Shown here piece by piece: positions 14,442 to 38,214 of a DNA stretch of 64,000 bases. Made by a program: the position numbers and the translations under genes. Every line of letters starts with the position of its first letter. Position 1 is the stretch's first letter. The stretch is from the NCBI RefSeq assembly GCF_009914755.1, contig NC_060929.1, one strand, 5' to 3'. The notes below the pieces were generated by a model, which searched no databases, had not been told where the DNA came from, and was given only the letters and a program-made list of their open reading frames with translations. The DNA is from the human T2T-CHM13v2.0 reference genome, Homo sapiens.

Positions 14442-15125
14442 TCAAAAACAAAAACAAAAAGAAAAACAAACAAACAAACAAACAAAAAAACAGTAGAAAA
14501 CCTAATGAGAAACCATGGCACAGGAAAACAGAATAGCAGAACGGTCAGAGGAAGCATAGCACTAGAAGTTTACCTATTTGAAAGATTTATGAGACACTTA
14601 AGACAGAAGAGCTCTGCCTGTCTGGTTAAAATGGTGGGACAGACAAGATTTATTTGAGCTCAGCAGCACTTGAAGTCCACTGGAGAGGTGTAGAGCAGCT
14701 AGCCCATGTTATGGTTGCAATGGAAAAAAGTCAATAGGGTGAGAATCAAGAATGGATCCATCTTGTGGATGATGACATCATTCAGCAACAAGGTACAATT
14801 GCTACAATAGAGGATCATATTTCCAAGCCAGGTCCAAAGAGGCATCAGGGCTGTCAAGCTTAGGTATAAATGTTGACAGAATCTTCCTTTGGATTACCTA
14901 AGGCTCTGAATTTCTGGGAAGATCTTGATGCCCTCTAACCCCAGCAAATTGATGCTAGCTATACATTGAATCTGACAGTGGCAGCTCAAACAGATTTTAA
15001 ACACATCTTGTATGTATCCATTCATACACATTTACATATTAAAAACATGTCTTCAAGTTTGAGCTTTCTTGGTGTATCTCAGGTACCTTTTGACATGGTT
15101 CTCTTTTTATTGTATGTACTAATAG

Positions 15126-15770
<645 letters not shown>

Positions 15771-16429
15771 TTGAGATTAAAAATTATTAGAGAAGTTTCA
15801 GGGTTAGAGCCATGCTTCAGTTTAATCCTCAGTATAAGAATTATGTAGAACTAAGACAAAATGATGAGGAAAAGATTGCTAGAATAATAAGGAATTGTTA
15901 TATATCATGGAAATATTGACACAAAACTATCAAAAATAATTGAGGGCCGGGTGTGGAGGCTCATGCCTGTAATCCCAGTACTTTAGGAGGCCGAGGCAGG
16001 TGGATCACAAGGTCAGCAGATTGAGACCATCCTGGCTAACACGGTGAAACCCCGTCTCTACTAAAAATACAAAAAATTAGCTGGGTGTGGTGGCAGGCAC
16101 CTGTAGTCCCAGCTACTCAGGAGGCTGAGGCAGGAGAATGGTGTGAACCTTGGAGGTGGAGCTTGCAGTGAGCCGAGATGGCGCCACTGCAGTCTAGCCT
16201 GGGTGACAGAGCAAGACTCTGTCTCAAAATAAATAAATAAAAAATAATAATTATTGAAGCTGGACGTGGTGGATCATGCCTGTAATCCCAACACTTTGGG
16301 AAACCAAGGCAAATCTTTGGTTTCTGATGACCCAGAAGTGTAAAAGTACAAAACTGGAAGACTATTGCATCCTTCTCCTCACTCTCAGCACAGATGTATT
16401 GTTTCACCATCTAGGAGCTTGAAGCTTTG

Positions 16430-16780
16430 AAGGACTGTAAGTTTATCTGCATGCAAGAGCAGAGATCCCAGGTTACTGCCTGCCTGCACAGGACAGAAGT
16501 CTGGACAGCTTCCATGTGCTGAGTGATACTCAGAGAACACCCAGTTTTGCTAAGATGGGAACTACTCTGTGTGCAGGGAAATGACTGGGACTCAGAGACT
16601 TTCTCATTGCCATGAGCATTTTGGAAGGCTGTCCAGACAGGCCTGTCTGTGGACAGATGTCCCAGTTTCAAGTGCCTTCAAGGGAAGTGAGTGCTACAAA
16701 CAATGTGGCTGAGTGAGACTAAGAAAAGCCAGAAGACACAAGAGCTGACAGACATGAGAGACTAGGGTCATGTTGTCCAT
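16430..16780 (+). pseudogene. Highly degenerate ANXA2R-like relic
   Basis: TTTTGCTAAGATGGGAACTACTCTGTG at 16545 (K-M-G-N-Y-S-V with a frameshift, versus V-L-G-E-Y-S-L); shares GTGGACAGA...GTCC...AGTGCCTT (16649-16678) with the inverted copy at 17752-17779. Confidence 0.4.
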
Positions 16781-17092
16781 ATGGACAGGGATCCTGGAAC
16801 TCTGCCCTTCTCTAAAGGCTTTTCTTTCCTACTTAACATCCTGCCCTCTCAGCACTGGTGCTATAGCCACCAGCCTGCCCAATGCTGAGTTCTTCTTACT
16901 GCACATGCCACCTCTTGGATATCTTTCAAATCATGTATCCCATTTTATTTCCAAGGGCTTAATCATTTTGGAATTTGCAGTTGCACTCTAACTTATTTTT
17001 TCCCAATCCTTTATTGAAAAGCACATTTGAGCCAGGCGCAGTGGCTCACACCTGTAATCCCAGCTCTTTGGGAGGCCGAGGCGGGCGGATCA

Positions 17093-17452
<360 letters not shown>

Positions 17453-17599
17453 TTAGTACATTAGTACATGTCATTCATGAAGAGAGTTTTTCTAATTGAA
17501 AAATCTTTAAGTCATTCAGAAGAATAAAACTGAAAATGTTTCCAATAACTGAGCCCTAGAAGCTCTTAGGTCTGAAGGGTTCAGTCCCAGTGAAGTCCA

Positions 17600-17990
17600 C
17601 AAGGGCAATATGAGGGCCCTCACTGGGGTGTCTCTGCATGGGGAAGCAGGTAGTACTGTGAGCCAGGAGCAAGTCTGGGGTTCCTTTCCTTTCCTGCTTC
17701 CACCATGTATTTAGCCTTTTTTCACAGCTTCAGCGGTGGCCTGTGCTCTCCAAGGCACTCTGGACATGTGTCTGTCCACCTCCCCAAGTGCTGGCTTTTA
17801 GCTAATGTAAGCTCCATTGGGATGCAGCATCTGTGTCTTCTTGAAGGAACTGCGGCATCTTGGCAAGTTCAGTCATTGATTCTTAGGCAGGTGGGTCTCA
17901 GTGTTTTGGCCTCTCTCAACTCTGGGAATGTCTCCTTGCCCTGTGTATACCAACACAACAGCCAACATGCACGAGAGTTCAAAAAGGGCA
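17600..17990 (-). pseudogene. Degenerate ANXA2R-like relic
   Basis: Minus strand: TTGGCTGTTGTG...GGGC...ATTCCCAGAGTTG (LGCV..WDSAEV-like), CTTGCCAAGATG (17856-17867), GTCCAGAGTGCCTTGGAG = VQSALE (17748-17765; ANXA2R VQSTLE), GGAACCCCAGACT (EEPDRL-like), all in ANXA2R order. Confidence 0.55.
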
Positions 17991-18425
17991 GCTGGGGTGA
18001 TACTTACCTGATTCGGTGTTTTCAAATTTCCGAGTTTCACCCTTAGGGAGCTAGTTTGCAGTTTGGTTCTTTGCAGTTTGGTTCTGAGAGCCATTCCTGA
18101 AGTTCAGTTGAAAATCTGCCTTCACCTTTCCATCAAATTTTAAGTTATCTTTAACCCCTAATAAATCTCTATAGGCTTAAACTATTTGAGTGTGCTGTTT
18201 CTTTTCCTAAAAACCAGAAAAGGAAATATGAGTGATATCACATTCAATTTTATGTCTACAAACTTATTACATCCTTTTTAAAAATAATGTTCTTAAAGAA
18301 ATGAATCTAGGCCGGGCACGGTGGCTCATGCCTGTAATCCCAGCACTTTCGGAGGCCGAGGTGGTCGGATCACGAGGTTAGGAGATTGAGACCATCCTGG
18401 CTAACACAGTGAAACCCCATCTCTA

Positions 18426-18689
<264 letters not shown>

Positions 18690-19289
18690 TTATTTTTTAT
18701 CATCACAACTTTTAGACAAGAAAAACACAAAAGAAGAAAAACTCTCAACATTTCATCTTGAAAGTTTATAAATATTTTTTCTTAATACTCTCCCACAAAG
18801 AAGTAAAATATTTAAATAGACATTTTGGTCTCTTTTGTACATGTTAATTCCTATCTTTTTTATTATTATTTTTTTCATTTTACTTTGTGTGTGTGTGTTT
18901 TGACGGGGGCGGGGGGCGGGGGGCAGTGTCCCCGTGTTACCCAGGCTAGTCTTCAACTCCTGGCCTCAAGCAATCCTCCTACTTCAGCCTCCCAAAGCCC
19001 TGGGATGACAGGCATGAGCCACCACGCCCTGCCAAATTCCATTAACACAGTGTTCAGAACAGGAGCAAGGAGCTCCTCCAATCCCTGCTGAGTACCGAAC
19101 TAGTCCAGAAATGGGGGCATCAGGAGTGTGATGTGCTTAGGAAATGGGAGTGCTTGTGGTTGGGTGGGGTGTGGGAGAGAACCATGAAACTGAAAGTGAA
19201 ACATGAAGATGAAAGTGCCGCTTCTTAGATGAAAATTGTCCAAGGAAAGTTTTCCCACGTAACCAGATTCCAGACCTACCCCAATCCCA

Positions 19290-20377
<1,088 letters not shown>

Positions 20378-20399
20378 TCACCTTTTGTCCACTAGAGAC

Positions 20400-20880
20400 A
20401 CTACTGCCACATGCCCTCCCTCCCGACGGTAACCTTCATTTTCGGGGGGGCGGAAGAGTGGGGAGAAAGACAGTTTGGCTTCGGGTTCCTGCTGGCAGAT
20501 CCATTCTGTCCTCGGTCCTCGTCCCCTTGGTTTTGTATCCTTGAAAGCAGGGAATGACACTGAAGAGGACTAGCGGTGCGATCCTGCATTTTAGTTGAAG
20601 GACCAAATCTCATCTCTCCCAGTGTTGGGACTGATGACTCCTGCACTACTTGATGATCTCCGGTGCCTTGAGGGGAGGACCATGGACTTGGCTGGTTTCA
20701 GCAGCCCAGCGGATTTCAGCGTTTGACAACCTGGAAGTTCTGCTGCCCCCTCACGGTGGGAGAAAAGCGGTGGGTCCTGCACAGGCCGAAGAACCACTAG
20801 AGGGCAGCAGCACACGGGCTCCATAAGACTTGCTGCGTGTCGACCCTGGCTCATACAGTGCTAAGAGAATTGATCAATGC
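20400..20880 (-). pseudogene. Highly degenerate ANXA2R-like relic in a CpG-enriched unique island
   Basis: Minus strand IDQFS*HCMSQGRHAASLMEP versus MEQHFLGCVKRAWDSAEVAPEP, with several codons one base apart; later GGGCTGCTG...CCAGCC versus GLLSSP. Confidence 0.3.
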
Positions 20881-21659
20881 TGTCGTTCTAAATTCAGCTA
20901 TGATGAGGTGGTGCTGCTTTCCACAGACTGGGATGTTTCTAGAACTTTCTAGGACTTTCATGTCTAGCATACACCTGAGATGACTGTAGAAAGTCCCTCA
21001 ATGAGTCAACCGTTGGTTTTATCCCTAATAAAATGGGTTCATGGGGTCAGGAGTTGAGGTATTTACTGCCTTCCCTCCCCCTCCACACACACATCCTTTA
21101 TGCTTAGATTTTTCCATACCAGAAATTTGAATCATGTGGGGAAAGCATCCACTGTAAGTTTAGTAACAGTTTGGCAAAGCCTGAAAATTATGTGTAAAAT
21201 AGTGCTTTAGGAGTTCTAGAAACTGAATAACAGACTCATTTTCTGGTATCTTGACTTTCAGAAGGCAAATGAATCATTCTTAAAACAGTTTAGTTTAAAA
21301 ACAAATGTCAACAAGCATTTGTTGAGTGTCCGCCATGAAGCAACCACTGTACTAGGCTCGTGGTACAAAGATGACAAGACCAGGGCCAAGACAAGAATTT
21401 GGGCTGAGGGAGACAGCAGGCACATTTGACGTGACACTTCTTATATGTGGAAGGCCTCACAGACAGAGCTACAGTGACAGGACTGAAAGATGCTAATTCT
21501 TCAACTTTAAATTTTTGTCCCCCTAGGGCACGATGAATTATTAACAATATGTTATTTCTTAGAATTCCGAAAATTAGCTTTTGAAAAGCTGGATTATATT
21601 GTATTATATTCTGATTTGTGAAAAAGTAGAAATTTGTTAAATGTAAATATTTAAAATAG

Positions 21660-21869
<210 letters not shown>

Positions 21870-22469
21870 TAGTAGAGACAGGGTTTCACTGTGTCAGCCA
21901 GGATGGTCTCAATCTTCTTACCTCGTGATCCGACCGCCTCGGCCTCCGAAAGTGCTGGGATTATAGGCCTGAGCCACTGCGCCTGGCCGATTTCTTGATT
22001 TTTTAATATACCAGGAACCTCTAAAATGAAAGTGGCCCTGATGACCTCTAGGAGACCACAGAGAAGATATAGTCTCAGTTTCCTCAAAAAAATTCTAATC
22101 TAGGGGAGAGAGACACATTAATAGGCCACTTTAGTACCGTGTAAGAGGAAGCTTTCTTAAGCCCTATGCATGAATCCTTTAAGACAAACCAATACCAACA
22201 ATTTGCCAAAAACATGTCCTAAACTGCACTGCTCAGTGCTGAGAGAAAGCATGCTGAATTTTTAAAAATATTTTTTTTAGTCAGAGCTATGAGAGTGCTG
22301 AATTTTATCATTCTATGTATTCTTTATTTTTCAATTAATTCCATGTCCTATTCTGCTATTCTTATTTTTTCAATAAAGATTCTAAATGTGTTGATACAGC
22401 TACCTTGTCTGTTTTTATGTAACTAATGTCATCTTATTAAGTGATATTATTAGTAATCTCTATTTCAGG

Positions 22470-22860
22470 AAAACACAAGTTATTTGATTACAAGTATATT
22501 CAAATCAAGGGTCTGCACTAAAACCATCCACATCTTCTCCCTATCACAGGTTATCAGTACAACCCTCAATGTCTCTATCTTCACCACTATAATGTTATTT
22601 TTTGGCCAGGACTCTGTTCGCTTGGCCCTCAAAGAAAACAACAGGAGCTTAAAAGATTCAGAAGAACCCAATGAACATATAAAAGTGTTACCTTCATCAC
22701 TAAAAATAATGCTCTGGACTCTAAAGTTTACACACAAGGGGTGATGAGGGAGGGAGCCTGACTAAACTCATGCTTTCTCACTATTGCTCCCTGGTTTTCT
22801 CCTAGCCTTTTGAAACTCATTGATCACTATCACTATCAAGCTAGCCATGAGCATGGGCAC
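22470..22860 (+). pseudogene. Highly degenerate ANXA2R-like relic (3' half recognisable)
   Basis: TGGCCC (WP, 22623), AAACAACAGGAG (KQQE, 22636), TCAGAAGAACCCAAT (SEEPN versus AEEPD, 22658), CTCCCTGGTTTTCT (LPGF, 22787), in ANXA2R order. Confidence 0.35.
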
Positions 22861-22970
22861 TGATTCCCTTTTAACTCTGTCTGACCCAACTAAGGACAAA
22901 ACATTGATTACCAACTTACACAAAAATGGAATATTTAAAGGAGTCTTTAGTGATAACATCTCAGAAATGA

Positions 22971-23168
<198 letters not shown>

Positions 23169-23299
23169 TAGTAGAGACAGGGTTTCTCCATGTTGATCAG
23201 GCTGGTCTCGAACTACTGACCTCAAGTAATATGCCCGCCTTGGCCTCCCAAAGTGCTGGGATTACAGGTGTGAGCCACCGCGCCCAGCTCCAAACAATC

Positions 23300-29140
<5,841 letters not shown>

Positions 29141-29216
29141 GAACTGGCCGGGCGCGGTGGCTCACGCCTGTAATCCCAGCACTTTGGGAGGCCGAGGCAG
29201 GTGGATCACGAGTTCA

Positions 29217-29910
<694 letters not shown>

Positions 29911-30214
29911 TAAAGGCCAATATCCACCAGCTGGGAAACAACTAAGTAACTTTCCTTAAGTGCGTGCTACTTTCCTGAGTCCAGCAGGTTGCCTGAAAAA
30001 GAAAAGAAGGAAATAGCCCTAAAAATTGTGTCAGTTTCTTATTTGTGGCATATGTAAAATATCATGTGCTCTTCCAAAAAAGTTTGGACCTGTCATGATC
30101 CTTTTTTCATCTTGCTGCATCTGAGGGATCATTGGGGATGCCCTGAATTTTCAGTTCCTTTGGGCAAACACAAAGACAAGCTCATTTTTTGTTCCATAAA
30201 TGCTTTTTTTTTGA

Positions 30215-30319
<105 letters not shown>

Positions 30320-31132
30320 TAGCTGGGATGACAGGCGTGCGTTACAACGCCCGGCTAATTTTTGTATTTAGTAGAGACGGGGTTTAACTATGTTGGCCAG
30401 GCTGGTCTCAAACTTCTGACCTTGTGATCCGCCTGCCTTGGCCTCCCAAAGTGCTGTGATTACAGGCGTAAGCCACTGCGCCTGGCCACTTTTTTTTTTT
30501 TTTTTTAAGTCCAGCAGGTAGAATGTAAATCTTATGCTGGAATACAACGATAATGACCGCTTGCTGAAAGCTAATGTATACCAGCTACTAATCCAAGTGT
30601 TTCCTGTATGTTACCTCATTTGCTTCCCACAACACTGTTTCAAAGGTGAGGAAATGGAAGCTTAATGAAGTTAAACTACTTGCCTGAAATCACCCAGCTA
30701 TTAGGTTGAAACAAGATTTCAACTCAGGATCCCAAACCAACCTTCTTAACCACTCTGTTATTTCCTTCCTAATGTTGCCTTAAAACATATAAAAGTGCCT
30801 GGATACCACTAGGGTAGCCAGAACTATTTGTCAATTCTTACTAAATTTGAATAATCTATTTTGATTCCACAGAAAATCTATAAACCTGCTTATTAACTGG
30901 CACAACATCTGCACCACAGGGAACTGTGTTTTAACACTAACTCATTCTAAGTCATTTACCATGTACCTGACTACGAATATTACTAGTGGAAATCATAATG
31001 TCTGGCAGATTGCTATCATATAAATTCCTGGCCACCAACTCCTACTGCATGCTGTTACTGCTGTGCTTCCTGTTGATGCTACTGTGTTATTACTGTGTCC
31101 AGGGTCCATTTCAAATCCTTTCCATTCTGTTC

Positions 31133-31664
31133 TGTGGCAGGCAGCGCCTATGATTGTTCCCAATGATCATGCCTTCTGCTATTTGTGCCTTTGTTCATTA
31201 CTTTCCTTTGAATGTAGGCTGCCCCTGGTGGCTTGCTTCTAAAATATAGAATATGGCAAGAGTGATGGAATGTCACTTCTGAGATTGGAATACGAGAAAC
31301 TTTGGTTTCTGTCTTGCTCACCCTTTCTTGCCCTCTCTGATGGACTCTAGCTGCCATGTCCTGTGGAGAGCCTGGCATGAACAGAGGCCTTGCGGAGAAC
31401 TGAAGCCTTCAGTCCAAGAGCCAGGGAGGAACTGAATTCTGTCAAGAACCACTTGAGTGACCTTGGAAGCAGATCCTTTCCCATTGGAGCCTTGAGATTA
31501 AAGCCACCTTACCTGACAACTTGATAGGAGCCTTGTGAGTGACCCTGAAAGCCTAACTATGTGACACTTAGATTTCTGACCCACAGAAAGTGTGAAATAA
31601 TAATATTGTTTTAAGCCACTAGGATTTGGGGGAATTGGTTACATCGCCTTCGATAACTAATACA
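31133..31664 (+). mobile_element. MLT1 (MaLR) solo LTR, MLT1F-like
   Basis: Starts TGTGGCAGGCAG and ends ttttaagccactaggatttgggg...gataactaataCA, typical of MLT1. Confidence 0.8.
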
Positions 31665-31669
31665 TCTTC

Positions 31670-35165
<3,496 letters not shown>

Positions 35166-35327
35166 TGACATTATTACCATATAGCTATTTGAGTTCCTCC
35201 GTAATCCCAATTCTCAAGTTCTTTGAGAGAAAAAAATAAGTAAATCTCAATTATAGAATTATCCTCAAAATGTATTTATATATAATATTTCTTTGGAGGA
35301 ATTAAGGAAGCAGTCACATGCAGCTGA

Positions 35328-35690
<363 letters not shown>

Positions 35691-35819
35691 TAATTCTGAG
35701 CAGCTCCAGGTCCTGAGCCCAGCAAGCACGTGCTGCGGCAGGGCGCGGGGAGGGCGCGCTTCGCGGAGGAAGATTCCGGGCGGCCCGAACGTGCTCGCGC
35801 CCGTAGCTGCCGCTGCCGG

Positions 35820-36027
35820 GGCCGCGGCCGCCCGGGTGCCCAACCGAACGCACGTGCGCCAGCGGGGCCCGAGCAGAAGGGGAGCCCCGGCTCTCACGAA
35901 GAAAATGGAGGGCGACCCACGGGTTAGGGGTCAGGAAAGGCGTGGGGCGCATTATGCCCTGGGAGGGGAAAGCACGGAACAAGAGGCTCTGAGGGACGGA
36001 GAGGAAGGAGGGCGACCCACGAGCTAG
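35820..36027 (+). other. ZNF131: Probable non-coding first exon (1a) of ZNF131; 5' end uncertain
   Basis: Strong donor TAG|GTAAGG at 36028 inside the CpG island, upstream of the 36943 acceptor. The TSS cannot be read from sequence. Confidence 0.6.
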
Positions 36028-36379
36028 GTAAGGCGGGCCAACCCAGGTCTCGGAAGGAAGGGGGCGGGGCAGGACGGGGCGGGAGGGGCCGCGCAGTAGC
36101 TGGGCTGTGAGGACGGTTGGCGAGTTCATTCCGGGCTCGGGTCGGGAAGTGTCCGCCCCTGGAGTCAAGCTGGGGAGGGTGAGAGGTTGAAGGGCAATGA
36201 CTTAGGTTCCCAGCTTCTGGCCCTGCCAGGCTCTGCAGTAGCCCAAGCCCACCGCTGCCCGGTTTCTTCTCAGAGAGCAAGCCCTCGCCCTTCGTGAGCG
36301 CCAAATCCCCGCGCTCGGCCCCGCCCATCCACTGAGGGGTGTGGGTAGGGGCGTGGCCCGTTCCCTTGCTGGTCGGCGC

Positions 36380-36472
36380 CCGGAAGGCGTCCGCGTCAGC
36401 CGGAGCTCGACGCGGTGACGGTGTGCGTCGACGTAAGTGACGCGCAAGCCTGGGCCGCTCCTCCTTCCCTCA
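36380..36472 (+). other. ZNF131: Probable alternative non-coding first exon (1b) of ZNF131; 5' end uncertain
   Basis: Two consensus donors: AC|GTAAGT at 36433 and CA|GTGAGT at 36473. Confidence 0.5.
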
Positions 36473-36957
36473 GTGAGTGCCGGCCCGGTCGGGGCGGGGG
36501 AGAAGAGGGAGGGCGGGGGAGGGAGAGGCGACCCGAGAGTCGTTGTGGGTCGCGGGCCGGACCGGGTCCCGGGGCGGTGGGAGCCCCGGCCGGGCAGAAG
36601 GGCTTGGCGGGCCGTTAGAGGACCGCCACGGCTGTCGAGTCCCCTCCCTTGTTGGACTTGCGCGCCCTGGCGCTCGGAACCTCCGGCGCTGTGCCCACCC
36701 CGCTCTAGCTCGCGTCTCCCGACTCCAATTAGGTCAGGCTCGGAGTCCCGCGGCCGCGGCTCCGGTCTCAACGCTCCGGGGCCGCTCGGCTCGCCTTTCT
36801 TCCCTCGCCTTTCTCTCCTCTTGCTTCACCCTCCCCCCTTCTTTTCACGTTGCTGGTTTTTTTTGTTGTTGTTTTATGCTTTAGGGGTTTTGTTCCTCGG
36901 CTCGAGCTCATGGGTGTACATTATCATGCTCTTCTTTTGTAGAGCAGCCCGACGGCC

Positions 36958-37081
36958 ATGGAGGCTGAAGAGACGATGGAATGCCTTCAGGAGTTCCCTG
37001 AACATCATAAAATGATCCTCGACCGATTGAATGAACAGCGAGAGCAGGACCGGTTTACTGACATCACCCTAATTGTCGACG
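36958..37081 (+). CDS. ZNF131: ZNF131 (ZBTB35) first coding exon, start of BTB/POZ domain
   Basis: Strong Kozak gccATGg at 36958; encodes MEAEETMECLQEFPEHHKMILDRLNEQREQDRFTDITLIVD(G). Polypyrimidine tract plus AG acceptor at 36941-36942 (exon starts 36943); donor G|GTGGGT at 37082. Confidence 0.97.
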
Positions 37082-38112
37082 GTGGGTAGGGCAGTGGGCA
37101 GAGGAGCGAATTTTTGGCTTCAGTTTTTTTCTGTCCTTCGGACACCCGCCTTTTTTTTTTTTTTTTTTTTTTTAACCCATCCTCTATGGTCTCCCTACCA
37201 AAGTCTGCAGAGTGTGTGCACTGGGACCAGATTGCACTTGTCAGTGTCCACTCACACAGCGTGCTGCAGAAGGCTGGTTGGTCAGTCATGCCTTCCACGT
37301 AGTCTGGTGTTCATCTCATTTTAACTTCTTACATCCTGTTGAGTGCAAGATGATGTCGTTGGGGACAGATTGTCTCAAAATGTTTGGTTGATAGCCTCTT
37401 GTTGGTAAGCTTTGAGAAGTCCCTTACAGGAGTCATTTGGGAAGTGTTGATTTTTTTTCTAGTTTCCCAAATGGTCTTGAAGGGAGAATGAGAGATTCCA
37501 TTGCAGCACTCATACCCCCTTTGAGAATCTCCAAAATAAAATGGGGTCTTTACCAGCCTTAGGAGTTGCCTCTATAATGGAAGGAAATCCAGCGTGGGTA
37601 TGTTTTCTGTTTAGCGAAAATAGGTTTCTCAAGGTAACCTGTTTTTAAAATTATGGGTCTACCATAGATGGAGCTTCCAAATATTAGGCATATTAAAATG
37701 TTTTTCATAGCAGACATATCCAGCTTTGTGCTTACGGTTTTTTTCTCTCTTTCCAAATGATATGTGACCTTTTGGGTTGTCCTTTTATTTAGCAGTTTCA
37801 ACTGAGTTGGATATGCTTCTCACTACTTAATTGGAAACAACAGAGTGTCAAGAGGCTCCTTACCTAGTGTTGTAAATTAGGCTTTATAAAACTAAAGGGG
37901 TTTGAAGTGAAGATTTAGCTTTATATCTAATTGAGATTAACATTTGCCAAGATAGCTGCCAAGAATATTCTGCATTTAGTTCAATAATTTCTGTAGTTAC
38001 GTAATGAAGGAAGACCTATTTTGCTTTATATGATTTTTAAGTCTATTTTGTAGTTATACATTTGATTTTCGTGCTTGTGTATGATTTTCTTTTTTTTTCT
38101 TATTTTACCTAG

Positions 38113-38214
38113 GACACCATTTTAAGGCTCACAAGGCTGTTTTGGCTGCTTGTAGTAAGTTCTTCTACAAATTCTTTCAGGAGTTTACCCAAGAACCATT
38201 GGTGGAGATAGAAG
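38113..38214 (+). CDS. ZNF131: ZNF131 second coding exon (BTB domain)
   Basis: Acceptor ...ttacctAG at 38111-38112; encodes (G)HHFKAHKAVLAACSKFFYKFFQEFTQEPLVEIE(G), with the BTB F-x-AHK-x-VLAA-x-S motif; donor G|GTAAAT at 38215; 102 nt, phase 1-1, in frame with the previous exon. Confidence 0.97.

Noticed and set aside
18056-18085. Tandem TTGCAGTTTGGTTCT x2
   Set aside because: A simple 15-bp tandem duplication, common and uninformative.
18000-18160. U1 snRNA gene or pseudogene (starts ATACTTACCTG)
   Set aside because: Similarity stops after 11 nt and the following sequence is not U1; better read as a minus-strand splice donor.
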